Shown one piece after another: positions 21,328-30,975 of a DNA stretch of 64,000 nt. The DNA is from Nitrososphaerota archaeon (GTDB lineage: Archaea > Thermoproteota > Nitrososphaeria_A > Caldarchaeales > Calditenuaceae). The DNA lies in assembly GCA_041641295.1 (NCBI GenBank), contig JBEPYO010000001.1:1486300-1550299 (forward strand). Direction: 5' to 3'. A program made the position numbers and the translations under genes. The stretch's first letter is position 1. Every line of letters begins with the position of its first letter. The notes beneath the pieces were generated by a model that saw only the letters and a list, made by a program, of their open reading frames with translations, searched no databases and was not told the DNA's origin.

Positions 21328-23019
21328 ATGGCGACAATAATACAGGAGAAAACAAAAGAGGAGTCAAAGCCGGTAGAAAAGCTGGTCACCCGGACAAGAA
21401 GCATCTGCCCAGAGTGCTACCAGGTCCTCCCCGCAGACGTCCTAGAGATCAACGGCAAGATATACATCAAGAAGACCTGCCCCAAGCACGGGGAATTCGA
21501 CGAGCTATACTTCGGCGACGCCGAGATGTATTACAAGTTCGCGAGGTGGCTAAAGGACGGAAAAGGTACTGGAAACCCGGACGTAGAGGCGGCCCGCAGC
21601 GTCTGCCCCTACAACTGCGGCCTATGCAGCTCACACCTAAGCCACACAGGCCTAGCCAACCTAGTCATAACCAATAGATGCGACCTACACTGCTGGTACT
21701 GCTTCTTCTACGCCGAAAAGGCAGGCTACATCTACGAGCCCACACTCGACCAGATTAGAGAGATGGCCCTAAACCTCAGGGCCGAGAGACCAGTCCCCGG
21801 CAACAGCATCCAGATAACAGGCGGCGAGCCAACACTCAGAGACGACCTCCCCGAAATCATAAGAATCCTCAAAGAAGTAGGCGTAGACCACATCCAGCTC
21901 AACACAAACGGAATAAGACTCTCGCGCGACTTCGAGTACTTCAAGAAGATAAAAGAAGCCGGGGTCAGCAACCTCTACATGAGCTTCGACGGCGTCACGC
22001 CTAGGACAAACCCGAAGAACCACTGGGAAGTCCCAGGCGTCCTAGAAAACGCCAGAAAACTCGGCGTCGGAATAGTCCTAGTCCCAACAGTCATCAAGAG
22101 CGTAAACGACCACGAACTCGGCGACATCATCAGATTCGGATTCAAAAACATCGACGTCGTAAGAGCAGTCAACTTCCAGCCAGTCTCACTCACAGGCAGA
22201 ATGCCCAAGAAAGAGAGAGAAAAATACCGCATCACAATACCAGACTGCATCATCAGGATCGAGGAACAGACAAATGGTGAAATCCCGCGAGACGCATGGT
22301 TCCCAGTACCAGCCTGCACACCCCTAACAAACTTCATAGAAGCCCTAACACGCACACCAAAATACGAGCTAAGCATACACTTCGCATGCGGAGCCGGAAC
22401 CTACGTATTCAAAGACGGAGACAAAATGAAACCAATAACAGAATTCGTAGACGTAGAAGGTCTCATCAAATACCTACAGGAAAAAGCAGAAGAAATAGAA
22501 ATGGGCAGAAGCAGAGTCTGGGTAGGAATGAAAGTACTAGCAAACATATCAAAATACATCAGGAAAGAAAAAGAACCCGCGGGAATGAACCTCTCCAGAA
22601 TGCTATTCAACATCATAGTACGACACGACTACTCAAGCGTCGGAGAATGGCACAAAAAATCACTCTTCCTAGGAATGATGCACTTCATGGACCCCTATAA
22701 TCATGATGAAGAGAGGTTGAGGCGTTGTGACATCCACTATCTGACGCCGGATATGAGGATTGTGCCGTTCTGCTCCTTTAACGTTGTGCCCGCGTGGTAC
22801 AGGGACAGGATCCAGGCGGTCTACGGCATCTCGATCGAGGAATGGGAGAAGCGGACTGGGAGAAAGCTGGCAGATGACTTTTACAAGCGTAAGCTCCCGG
22901 CAAAGCAGGCGGCGGTGCCCACGGCCTCGACTAAGACCGCTGGCTTCGGAGGCCTAGAATCGGTTCCGGTTATCCAGGGCTGCTCAGGGAAAGAGGATAA
23001 CTGCTGCTGCGGCCAGTAG
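21328..23019 (+). CDS. tes: Tetraether lipid synthase (GDGT-MAS, MJ0619-like radical SAM)
   Basis: N-terminal CPEC...CPKHG, CPYNCGLCSSH, radical SAM CDLHCWYC, VNFQPVS, HFACG, MHFMD..RRCDIHY..PFC. Confidence 0.9.
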   Translation: MATIIQEKTKEESKPVEKLVTRTRSICPECYQVLPADVLEINGKIYIKKTCPKHGEFDELYFGDAEMYYKFARWLKDGKGTGNPDVEAARSVCPYNCGLCSSHLSHTGLANLVITNRCDLHCWYCFFYAEKAGYIYEPTLDQIREMALNLRAERPVPGNSIQITGGEPTLRDDLPEIIRILKEVGVDHIQLNTNGIRLSRDFEYFKKIKEAGVSNLYMSFDGVTPRTNPKNHWEVPGVLENARKLGVGIVLVPTVIKSVNDHELGDIIRFGFKNIDVVRAVNFQPVSLTGRMPKKEREKYRITIPDCIIRIEEQTNGEIPRDAWFPVPACTPLTNFIEALTRTPKYELSIHFACGAGTYVFKDGDKMKPITEFVDVEGLIKYLQEKAEEIEMGRSRVWVGMKVLANISKYIRKEKEPAGMNLSRMLFNIIVRHDYSSVGEWHKKSLFLGMMHFMDPYNHDEERLRRCDIHYLTPDMRIVPFCSFNVVPAWYRDRIQAVYGISIEEWEKRTGRKLADDFYKRKLPAKQAAVPTASTKTAGFGGLESVPVIQGCSGKEDNCCCGQ

Positions 23020-23173
23020 ACTGTACTTTTTCAAAATTTTTAGACTAGGTTAAGCAATTATGTATTTGACCGCATTTTTATTGCTATCACTCTATTATCT
23101 TTACGAACAAGGTGGTTAAAAGCTCCCAAGCCGAGAAGATTTAAATAATTTAGGCAACTACATCTGCTAACTA

Positions 23174-23965
23174 GTGGATATGCCAGAGGATAGGGATGAT
23201 GATAGGATTCTTAGAGTTTTGAAGAAACTGGAAGAAGCTAGGAGGTTGGGCTTGATAGATGAGGAGTTTTATAGGGAGAGGAGGAGAGCTCTGCTATCGA
23301 AGTATTTAGAACTCGCTGAGGAGGAGTTAGGTGGAGATGTGCAGAGGAGCCAGGAACATGGACGGGCTGGCGGGAATAGGAAATGGCTCATCGTATCTAT
23401 AATTGCAGGTCTATTCGCCGTTGGTATTGTGTCCGCATTGTTTGTTCCTACTTTAATAAGACCCCAAACCCACACTACCACGATTTTCGTACAGGAAGTA
23501 TTCACCAAGACAGTAACTAACACACTGATTTATCCTCAGCCATATCAATATACTCAACCTTACCAGTACCTACCAGCAGAAGGTGCAATAGAGAATATAA
23601 TCTATTCCGGATCAGTACATATTGATAGGCAGTGCCGAGTACACCAATTTCCAATAAATGCCAAGAAGGGTGATGTTATAAGGGTCTACTGGGAATCAAA
23701 TGATGATGCCACATATATCGCGATCGGGACTGATGCGGACTATGAGAAAAATGTTCGCGGCTCTTACTGTGAAACTATAATTTCTCTATGGATGTGGAGT
23801 TGGCCTGCAGCAAGCTATGGCTATTCAGGATCGTTAGAATTTACAGTTCCCTCCTCGGGATCTTGGTATGTCTATGTCGCTAACGGGAACTGGGGTTGCA
23901 TATTATCCAGCTGTCCAATAACTGTTACAAAACTTGAGATCAGACATGTACAGCGAGGAGTATAA
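23174..23965 (+). CDS. Single-pass membrane protein with SHOCT-like N-terminus and extracellular beta domain
   Basis: LKKLEEARRLGLIDEEFYRERRRALL, TM helix, Thr-rich linker, QPYQY duplication, four Cys in C-terminal domain. Confidence 0.7.
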   Translation: MDMPEDRDDDRILRVLKKLEEARRLGLIDEEFYRERRRALLSKYLELAEEELGGDVQRSQEHGRAGGNRKWLIVSIIAGLFAVGIVSALFVPTLIRPQTHTTTIFVQEVFTKTVTNTLIYPQPYQYTQPYQYLPAEGAIENIIYSGSVHIDRQCRVHQFPINAKKGDVIRVYWESNDDATYIAIGTDADYEKNVRGSYCETIISLWMWSWPAASYGYSGSLEFTVPSSGSWYVYVANGNWGCILSSCPITVTKLEIRHVQRGV

Positions 23966-24381
23966 ACACAATGTATTTCATCGCCTCAAGGAAGGCTAGC
24001 TGAAATAATGAAAACGTGAGTACACGCATATAGTCTTCATAATTGTTCACAAATCTTGCATTTTCCTTTTATCGGTAATCTATCTTTAAGTCTCTTAATT
24101 ATATGTGTATCCAATTCTACAAGTAGGTGATTTTCTTTTTGGGTAGTGTTTGATGCTGAGAATCAAATTCTTTAGGTGTAGAATTAAGCTCTTTGGAATT
24201 ATCAAATTAGTTATGTATTCTTTTGCAGACTTCATTTTATCTATTCTGCCCAATTAGTAGGAAACTTGTCGATAGGAATGTCACATTCCTTGGACAAGGA
24301 GGCAGGTAAAACTATACAGAAGAGCCTCACATCTTCGACTAGCGGAGTTATACTTGTTTCTAATAAAGGGGAAGTTAATTG

Positions 24382-27300
24382 CTAAGTCGTTAATAAGTTA
24401 TTGATTGATTTTTCGATACTATCAAACCAGTATTCCTTACGAAACCTTTCAGGGAGCTTATATACATCGTCTGTGTAAAGATTTAAGTGAACTCTAATAT
24501 TAAATCCGTACTCCTGAAACGTCTTAATAGAACCATCCTCATTTCTGAAAATTTTCTCATAACCATCAATTTTATAGCCGAATTCCGTGTGGGATGTTCC
24601 TTTCGGGTCTATGAAGAGTATGTAATAGTCCTCGCCTTTGCATAACCAAAATATGAAGTCTGGCTTAAATTTGCGAAGTGAATTCTGAGAACTGTCGTAA
24701 TATGGGATATATATCTCATCTAAGTATCCATCTATTTTGCTGAACATCCACCAATCAAATTCTTTTAATAAGTTACTCTCTTTCTTTGAGTAATCAATCA
24801 AATCTTTAATGAATTTGTGTTCGCTAGGTGTATTAATTATATGGGTTATCCACTCTATCTTTTCCTCTGTCGACAGAAGGGGTAGATAATAGTGTTCGGC
24901 TATGTAGTATATTCCCAATTTTTTCCCGTCTATAGTAAGAATTTCTTGTTCTGCGTATTTTTTCTCTAATTCATATTTCCTTCTATCATACTCTGTTTGA
25001 CTTATTTTACCATAAAGATTACTCAGCTCCTGTTCTACCACTTTCTTTTCTGGATATTTCCTCACTTTTTCCAATTTTTCTTTAAGTGCATTAAGTCTCA
25101 CCTCATCCAAATACACTCCAATCCTCTTGAAATGAACTATTTCTTCCTCAAGTATTTTAAATCTTTCCAAATCCTCTACACTGACGTTAATATGAGATAT
25201 CAGACGAGTAAGGAGTACTGAGGGGGGCAACAACTCACTATTCTCGACGAAATTAAATTTCTCATCATTCCAAATAAATTCTTTAAATCTTATGAGATCA
25301 TCAAAATTTAGACCAGGTTCTGAAAAGTGAAGCATAAGTAAAACTCTGTCATCACCGATCATTTCGATGTATCTTCTAAGCTGCATTAATGATTCTCTAT
25401 TTACACTGAATTTTGGGATTTTTTCTGTTGGTACTTTCCTTCTCCCACTGTAATATGGGATCAGCAAGATTACTTCTCCTGTTTTCGGGTTTTTATCCAA
25501 CGAGATTATTTCTCCCAGTCTCATTTTTTCCTCTTTTACTGATGTCATTATTTCTTGGATAATGTTCTTTTTCGTAGCGAAAATAAAAAGAGTTTCCAGA
25601 GGGATAAAGGTTTCTGGGCTGACATTATTGACCAACTCTTTAGCCTCTGGGTCCATCGAAATGCGTAAATAGTTTATCCTCTTTCTCTTGTTTTTCATAG
25701 GCTCTATTCGCGCGCCTCTTCCTATTGATTGTGTGATGAATTTTTTAGCGTCAGTCCCGACTCCTATGTTAATAAAAGTGATTACATTAGGTCTATTCGA
25801 GTCCCACCCTTCATAGAAAGCTCTAGACCCCATCAATATGTTTATGTCGGAGTCGTCTTTGTTTATACTTCTGAAGAAGCTCTCATTTTCCCATCTTTCT
25901 ATTATCTCATATCCTGAGAGAGTCGTTTTTAGCCAATTAGTTATGTCTCCTATTTTGACACTCGCAAAAGGTCTGTCGGATGTTTTTAACTTAAATGCTA
26001 ATTCCTGCCGATTTGATGGCAGTACCAAAACTTCTATGTTTCCGGGAGTTTGTGCGTTGAAAACTTCATATAAAACATCAGTATATGAAATTGTTTTTAA
26101 TTTCTCGGTATTAACTAATAGTCTTTCTGATCCATACACGTAGGGATTCTGTTTTTCAAACTCTTGGATAAGCTCTTCTTTTGCTTTCTCAAATGTCTCA
26201 TATTTTATCTTTCCCTCAGCTATTTTTTCAAGTTCTTTGAAGAACATTTCTAAGTCGGGCTCTTTACTTGGATCTTTATGGTTGACCGTATGTGTAAGTG
26301 TTAGCATCATTGGTATGTGATAAACATTCTTACCTGTTTTTGCTCTTATATCTTTGTATATTTTTTTAAGATATGTCAAGAGGATTAATGTTTTTAAGAC
26401 GATTTTCTGTTTCTCAGTGCTCGGGTAATCTTCCTTATCTCTGAATGCTTCAAATTCTTGTTCTGATATGTATATATTCTTTCCATAACCCTTTCCTACA
26501 TATTGCGCAAGGTTAATGTTATATACAGTCGTGTATATGTCTATCTCGTCTGTAAACGTCGCTGAAAAGTTGAAAAGGAAGCCGTTTCTCGACATAATCG
26601 AGTAGAATGCTTGTCTCTTAGATTCTTCTTTGCCGCCTTTATGTGCTTCATCAAGTAAGATATACCATCTTCCAATATTCTCATAATTTCTAAAGTCTAT
26701 ATATTTCTCTGTCTCTTCGTCCCATATTAAATCTGACCTGTAGATGAAGACATCTATGGTATTCTCTCCCCTTGGCAAGATCCCACCGTACTTTACTTTA
26801 CTAAAATCTTTCAAGTTCCAAAGCCTGATCTTCAAGTTATTGTATTCATTGTATTCATCTATGTATTCCTTCATTTTCTCAACTAGATCTTCTCGACATG
26901 TCAAAACTAAGATATCGCAAGGAGGAATTTCTCTTCTTTTCATTAAATAATACAGAATCTCAATCAGTTTTACGATGACTAAGGTCTTTCCAGATCCAGT
27001 TGCCATCCAAAAGGACATTCTGTTGATGAGATTTCGATAAGATATTTGCTCTCCTTCGCTTTCAAAATATTCGGATAAGAGCTTGTAAATCGTTTTTTGT
27101 TTTGACTTTCTAATGGCTAAGTGGTGTGATTCTAGTCCTCGCCTTTCATATTCTGCGAAAAGTAATGTTTTTCTCTTTTCGTTAGTTTCTAAGGGCTCCC
27201 CCTCTTTATAGTCTTCCGCGCTTTGATAATAGAAGTAGAGAATCTTGATAGCGTTTTTTAATGCCTCCTCTTGGTAGTCGTAGAGATTCTTGGTCTTGGA

Positions 27301-27420
27301 GAATGAGGTGAAGTTGTTAAATGTTGACCATGAAGGTGGAAGAGAATTGAAATCAATACTATCAGCAATATTTTGGAGTATTACTTTGACTGGCGTGTAT
27401 CCCGACATTCTCACCACCAT
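24382..27420 (-). CDS. res: Type III restriction enzyme Res subunit
   Basis: Walker A MATGSGKT, LLDEAHK, FSAT, EGWD, QSIGRGAR, C-terminal PD-(D/E)XK (KPDF...IDPKG). Confidence 0.92.
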   Translation of the reverse strand: MVVRMSGYTPVKVILQNIADSIDFNSLPPSWSTFNNFTSFSKTKNLYDYQEEALKNAIKILYFYYQSAEDYKEGEPLETNEKRKTLLFAEYERRGLESHHLAIRKSKQKTIYKLLSEYFESEGEQISYRNLINRMSFWMATGSGKTLVIVKLIEILYYLMKRREIPPCDILVLTCREDLVEKMKEYIDEYNEYNNLKIRLWNLKDFSKVKYGGILPRGENTIDVFIYRSDLIWDEETEKYIDFRNYENIGRWYILLDEAHKGGKEESKRQAFYSIMSRNGFLFNFSATFTDEIDIYTTVYNINLAQYVGKGYGKNIYISEQEFEAFRDKEDYPSTEKQKIVLKTLILLTYLKKIYKDIRAKTGKNVYHIPMMLTLTHTVNHKDPSKEPDLEMFFKELEKIAEGKIKYETFEKAKEELIQEFEKQNPYVYGSERLLVNTEKLKTISYTDVLYEVFNAQTPGNIEVLVLPSNRQELAFKLKTSDRPFASVKIGDITNWLKTTLSGYEIIERWENESFFRSINKDDSDINILMGSRAFYEGWDSNRPNVITFINIGVGTDAKKFITQSIGRGARIEPMKNKRKRINYLRISMDPEAKELVNNVSPETFIPLETLFIFATKKNIIQEIMTSVKEEKMRLGEIISLDKNPKTGEVILLIPYYSGRRKVPTEKIPKFSVNRESLMQLRRYIEMIGDDRVLLMLHFSEPGLNFDDLIRFKEFIWNDEKFNFVENSELLPPSVLLTRLISHINVSVEDLERFKILEEEIVHFKRIGVYLDEVRLNALKEKLEKVRKYPEKKVVEQELSNLYGKISQTEYDRRKYELEKKYAEQEILTIDGKKLGIYYIAEHYYLPLLSTEEKIEWITHIINTPSEHKFIKDLIDYSKKESNLLKEFDWWMFSKIDGYLDEIYIPYYDSSQNSLRKFKPDFIFWLCKGEDYYILFIDPKGTSHTEFGYKIDGYEKIFRNEDGSIKTFQEYGFNIRVHLNLYTDDVYKLPERFRKEYWFDSIEKSINNLLTT

Positions 27421-29907
27421 ATTAGGGGTTTAATCAATTTCCAGTCTAAATTCCCTAGGTCTATAACTTCCCCATCCTCAAACTCTACCTCTTTTCTTGT
27501 CAACCTTTTTATCCATTTCCCTTTTAGGTTTGATATGGTTTCAGCAATATCTATGTTTGGATAAAGTTTCGAGAGGTCAACTTTAACGGTTTTATTGTTG
27601 TAATCTATCTCTAATGCGCGTAGCATTTTTTCATCTTTTAGGAAAACATAGTGGGAATAAATTTCGCTAGAGGTCCAGTCAACGAAGGGGTGAGTATCCT
27701 TATAGACTGCTCTATCTAGCGTTTGCTCATATTGCTCCAATTCATAATACTTAAAGAAACCGCTACCCTCCCAATTGATATTTCTACTTATTCCTGACTT
27801 CTCTCCTGCCAGAACCTTCTTCATACGCGGTAGGACGATTGTCCAGAAATGTTCACCCATTTCGACACCAATCCATTTTCTCCTTAACTTATGGGCAACT
27901 GCTGTCGCAGTACCAGAACCTAAAAAGAAGTCCATAACTAAATCACCTTCTTTAGATGTAGCCTCAAACACACGTTGAATAAGTTGCTCAGCATTTCTTG
28001 TTGGAAAGTCTGGGTCTTGTGAGTAACTTTGTATATTCGTCCAATTAGAATCAACCTTTTTAGGTGGATTTTTTATTTCGGGAACAAAATCATTTTCTCC
28101 ACACTTAGGACATTTGTCCCACAAACCTTCATAATGCTCATATCCGCAGATTTTGCATCTAAACCTTATGAGCTTTTTAGATATATATTTATCTATTAAA
28201 TCTTGTTTAATCCCCCAATGTCTTCCTAATGGAGGATATAACTTTATACCGAAAACCTCTCTCCAGTTCCTATCCTGATTCCTAACTCCTGGATAATGGA
28301 CAAAAGGTTGCCAATCAGTTTCTCTCTCTTCATATAATTCGTAAAACAAACACTGTTCCTTATTTTTGGCATAGAAAAATAGGCTCTCTGTAGCGTCAAG
28401 AAATTTGCGCTTTGCTTCTTTTTGAATTCCAGACGTCTTTATCACTATTTCATTTTGGAAATTTTCTTCCCCAAAAATTTCGTTCATTAAAAGTCTAACG
28501 TACATGTTACCGTTATCATCGCATCTCACAAAAATGCTTCCTGTATCTTTTAAAATGTGCCTTGCTAGCTGCAATCTATTCTCAAGCATTGTTATCCATG
28601 TAGAATCCTTATATTTCACATGGTAGTAGTAGTCAGCGTCCTGCTCCTTATTAAATGGTGGATCTATGTAAATTGTCTGAACTTTTCCTCTGAATTTTGG
28701 TAAAATTGTATTTAATGCTTGCCAGTTTTCACTTTTAATCAACCAGCCATCTAAAACCTTATCAAGCTCGTTATTCTCAGAAATTTTTTCTATTAACTTC
28801 CATTTAAATTCATGATCAAAGTATTTAGTATCTATGGGTAGTTTTTTTCCACTCCTTTCCTTGAAGGCTATTTGTTTCGATAAGGTCTGAAATACCCCTA
28901 ATCTCAACTCCCAACAACTCTCTCCATTCTCGTAGCTGCTCTTCATTAGCTAAAACTTTAGGAATAACGTAGTTTTCCAAAAAATCTTCTCCACACAGTT
29001 CCTTTATTCTATCTAGTGTTATTACATATTCGCTATTTAGGACAAATTTGGGTTTCTCCCATATTTTTCGCAGTTCATCTTCAAACTGGGAAATGAAATC
29101 TATGATTTTAAACGCTATCGTCTTAAGCGCCTTCAACTCTTTCAATCTTTTCTCACTAAACTCGCTCTCTTCGTCCATTATGTAATGTCTAAGCCAAATC
29201 TCAAACTGCTCTTTTAAGAAAGCATTTGCATCTTTATTAATGAAGTAATCCACCTCGCTCTGTCTCTCAAATATTTTAAATGCCTTTTCAAGAACCTCTT
29301 CTGTGATTCTTCGGTCCTTTAATCTCCTTAAAATCTCTTCGATTTTGGTCTCCCTCCCTCTCTCAGAATAAATTACTTGGAAATGAATTGTCCCATCATC
29401 ACTTACGTCCTTCAATTCGTAGATTATTTTTCTCTTTTCATAAGCCTTTCTATGCTCCACCTCAGAAGCATCAAAGAAGAACTTAAAAGCATCGACTTCC
29501 ACACTCATACTCTTATAAATACGGTCAGTCTTAACATAGTAAAGGTCTCGAGTCTTCCAGAATAAAGCGACATCCTTATCTGTATAAACTCTAGCCCAAA
29601 CATTCTCCTGGAGAGGTGTGAAGACAAAATGAATTGAGCCACTCTCACTAAAGTATCGCTTAAAGAAATTATAGAGTTTATCAAAAAGCTCTTCCCTGAA
29701 CTCAGGAAATTCTTCAAGGGTTTCCTCAACCACTTTTCTGAGAATTGACAAGAAAGACCTAAAATACGAAGATTTAATCCTCATCAAGTTTATGAAGCCA
29801 GATTTCCCTTCTATGTTTGCACCGATAAAAATATTCTCCAAAATATTAAAGAACATTCTCTCTTTTTCACCCATCCCTCCAGAAGCGATCTCATCAACTT
29901 TACTCAT
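27411..29907 (-). pseudogene. mod: Type III modification methyltransferase Mod, frameshifted at an A7 tract (ORFs 28825..29922 and 27411..28946)
   Basis: N-terminal ORF (start ATG 29907 after GGAGGTG) ends EWKKTTHRY*; removing one A at 28842-28848 gives EWKKLPIDTKYF, joining the ORF with IYIDPPFN and DFFLGSGT (beta order). Confidence 0.88.
28842..28848 (-). repeat. A7 homopolymer at mod frameshift
   Basis: + strand gTTTTTTTcc; minus strand TGG AAA AAA A CTA. Confidence 0.9.
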
Positions 29908-30227
29908 TACCCACACCTCCAACTCTAATTCCGTTAAAATAGATTCCTAATTGCGCCACTCTTTCAGAAATACCTCGCTTTACATAATTTGGGAGAATTA
30001 TTACCTTAATTATAAGGCTCTTTATCAGCCTGCCTTTCCTTAATAACCTTGGCATACCATGTATTTGACCCTTCCCATTTGTCATGTTTATTACTAGTAT
30101 GCGCCTTTTGGGTTATATATTTTTGCTTTGGCAGAGGGATTTAGTTGCGAGAGGATGGTTTGAATGGTTGAGTTGCATGAAATGTTGTTTGGAGCTACTG
30201 TTTTCGGTGGATTATTGACGGCTAAGA

Positions 30228-30461
30228 TTGGGCTATTTCAATATAGGCGCTCAATTACCTATAGAAAGGCTTGGTGGCTCAACTCTCTATCACGACTTCT
30301 ATGTGAAGCTCCACTTGATGAACATCAGAGAGCAAACGGGCTCTGAAGAGGTGACGAGCATGATTGAACGGATAATTCAGAAGGAAGTAAGAGGAGAAAT
30401 GCTGACTGACGAAGAATATAGGCTTCTTACGGAATTTACAGACTATCTAAATTTCTTCTAG
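30228..30461 (+). CDS. Small hypothetical protein, possibly the 3' part of a frameshifted gene starting at 30164
   Basis: Protein-like helical C-terminus; overlapping upstream ORF 30164..30346. Confidence 0.4.
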   Translation: MGYFNIGAQLPIERLGGSTLYHDFYVKLHLMNIREQTGSEEVTSMIERIIQKEVRGEMLTDEEYRLLTEFTDYLNFF

Positions 30462-30487
30462 TTGATAAAATATTTGTATACGGTGCG

Positions 30488-30841
30488 TTGAAGATGAGGG
30501 ATATCCTTTCAAGGTTGGTGGCCGGCAAGGAGGCAAGGTATGTTGGGAGTGGTAGGGTCCGGGGGAAACTATATAATTTGGGTGAGTATCCTGGGGCCGT
30601 TGAGGACGATGTGGGCTTCGTATACGGTGACGTATATGAGATCTCAAACATGGATGAAGTTCTGCCGCGGTTAGATGAGTATGAAGGTTTTAATCGGGAC
30701 AAGCGCGAAGAAAGTCTATTCATAAGGAAGGTTATAGAAGTATTCATGGATGACGGAAGCACCTTAAAGGCATCCGTCTACATATACAATGGTAGGGTTA
30801 GAGAAGAGGACCTGATACCAGATGGCGTTTGGAAAGTGTGA
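30488..30841 (+). CDS. Gamma-glutamylcyclotransferase (AIG2/GGCT-like) protein
   Basis: GKLYNLGEYPG, VYGDVY, LDEYEG, final GxW; the N-terminal FVYGTL(K)-like stretch (tttgtatacggtgcgttgaag) lies just upstream of the called start, so the true start is uncertain. Confidence 0.8.
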   Translation: MKMRDILSRLVAGKEARYVGSGRVRGKLYNLGEYPGAVEDDVGFVYGDVYEISNMDEVLPRLDEYEGFNRDKREESLFIRKVIEVFMDDGSTLKASVYIYNGRVREEDLIPDGVWKV

Positions 30842-30975
30842 AGGTTCAGTTTAATCCCCTATTCCTTATATGCAGCGTATCAATAGGTAGTGGAAGGAGA
30901 TGGGTAGATAACCGAGATACTAGTTTTTCATGCATCCGAAACGCTTTTAAGCCATAATCGCTTAGCTCATCTGAG

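Noticed and set aside
21306-22700. Alternative-frame ORFs over tes (21306..21677, 22296..22700)
   Set aside because: Explained by local T depletion removing stop codons; Arg/Pro/Gln-rich translations with no recognisable motifs
23020-23175. Left att site or direct repeat matching the right island end
   Set aside because: No matching repeat found by eye; no integrase or transposase in the window
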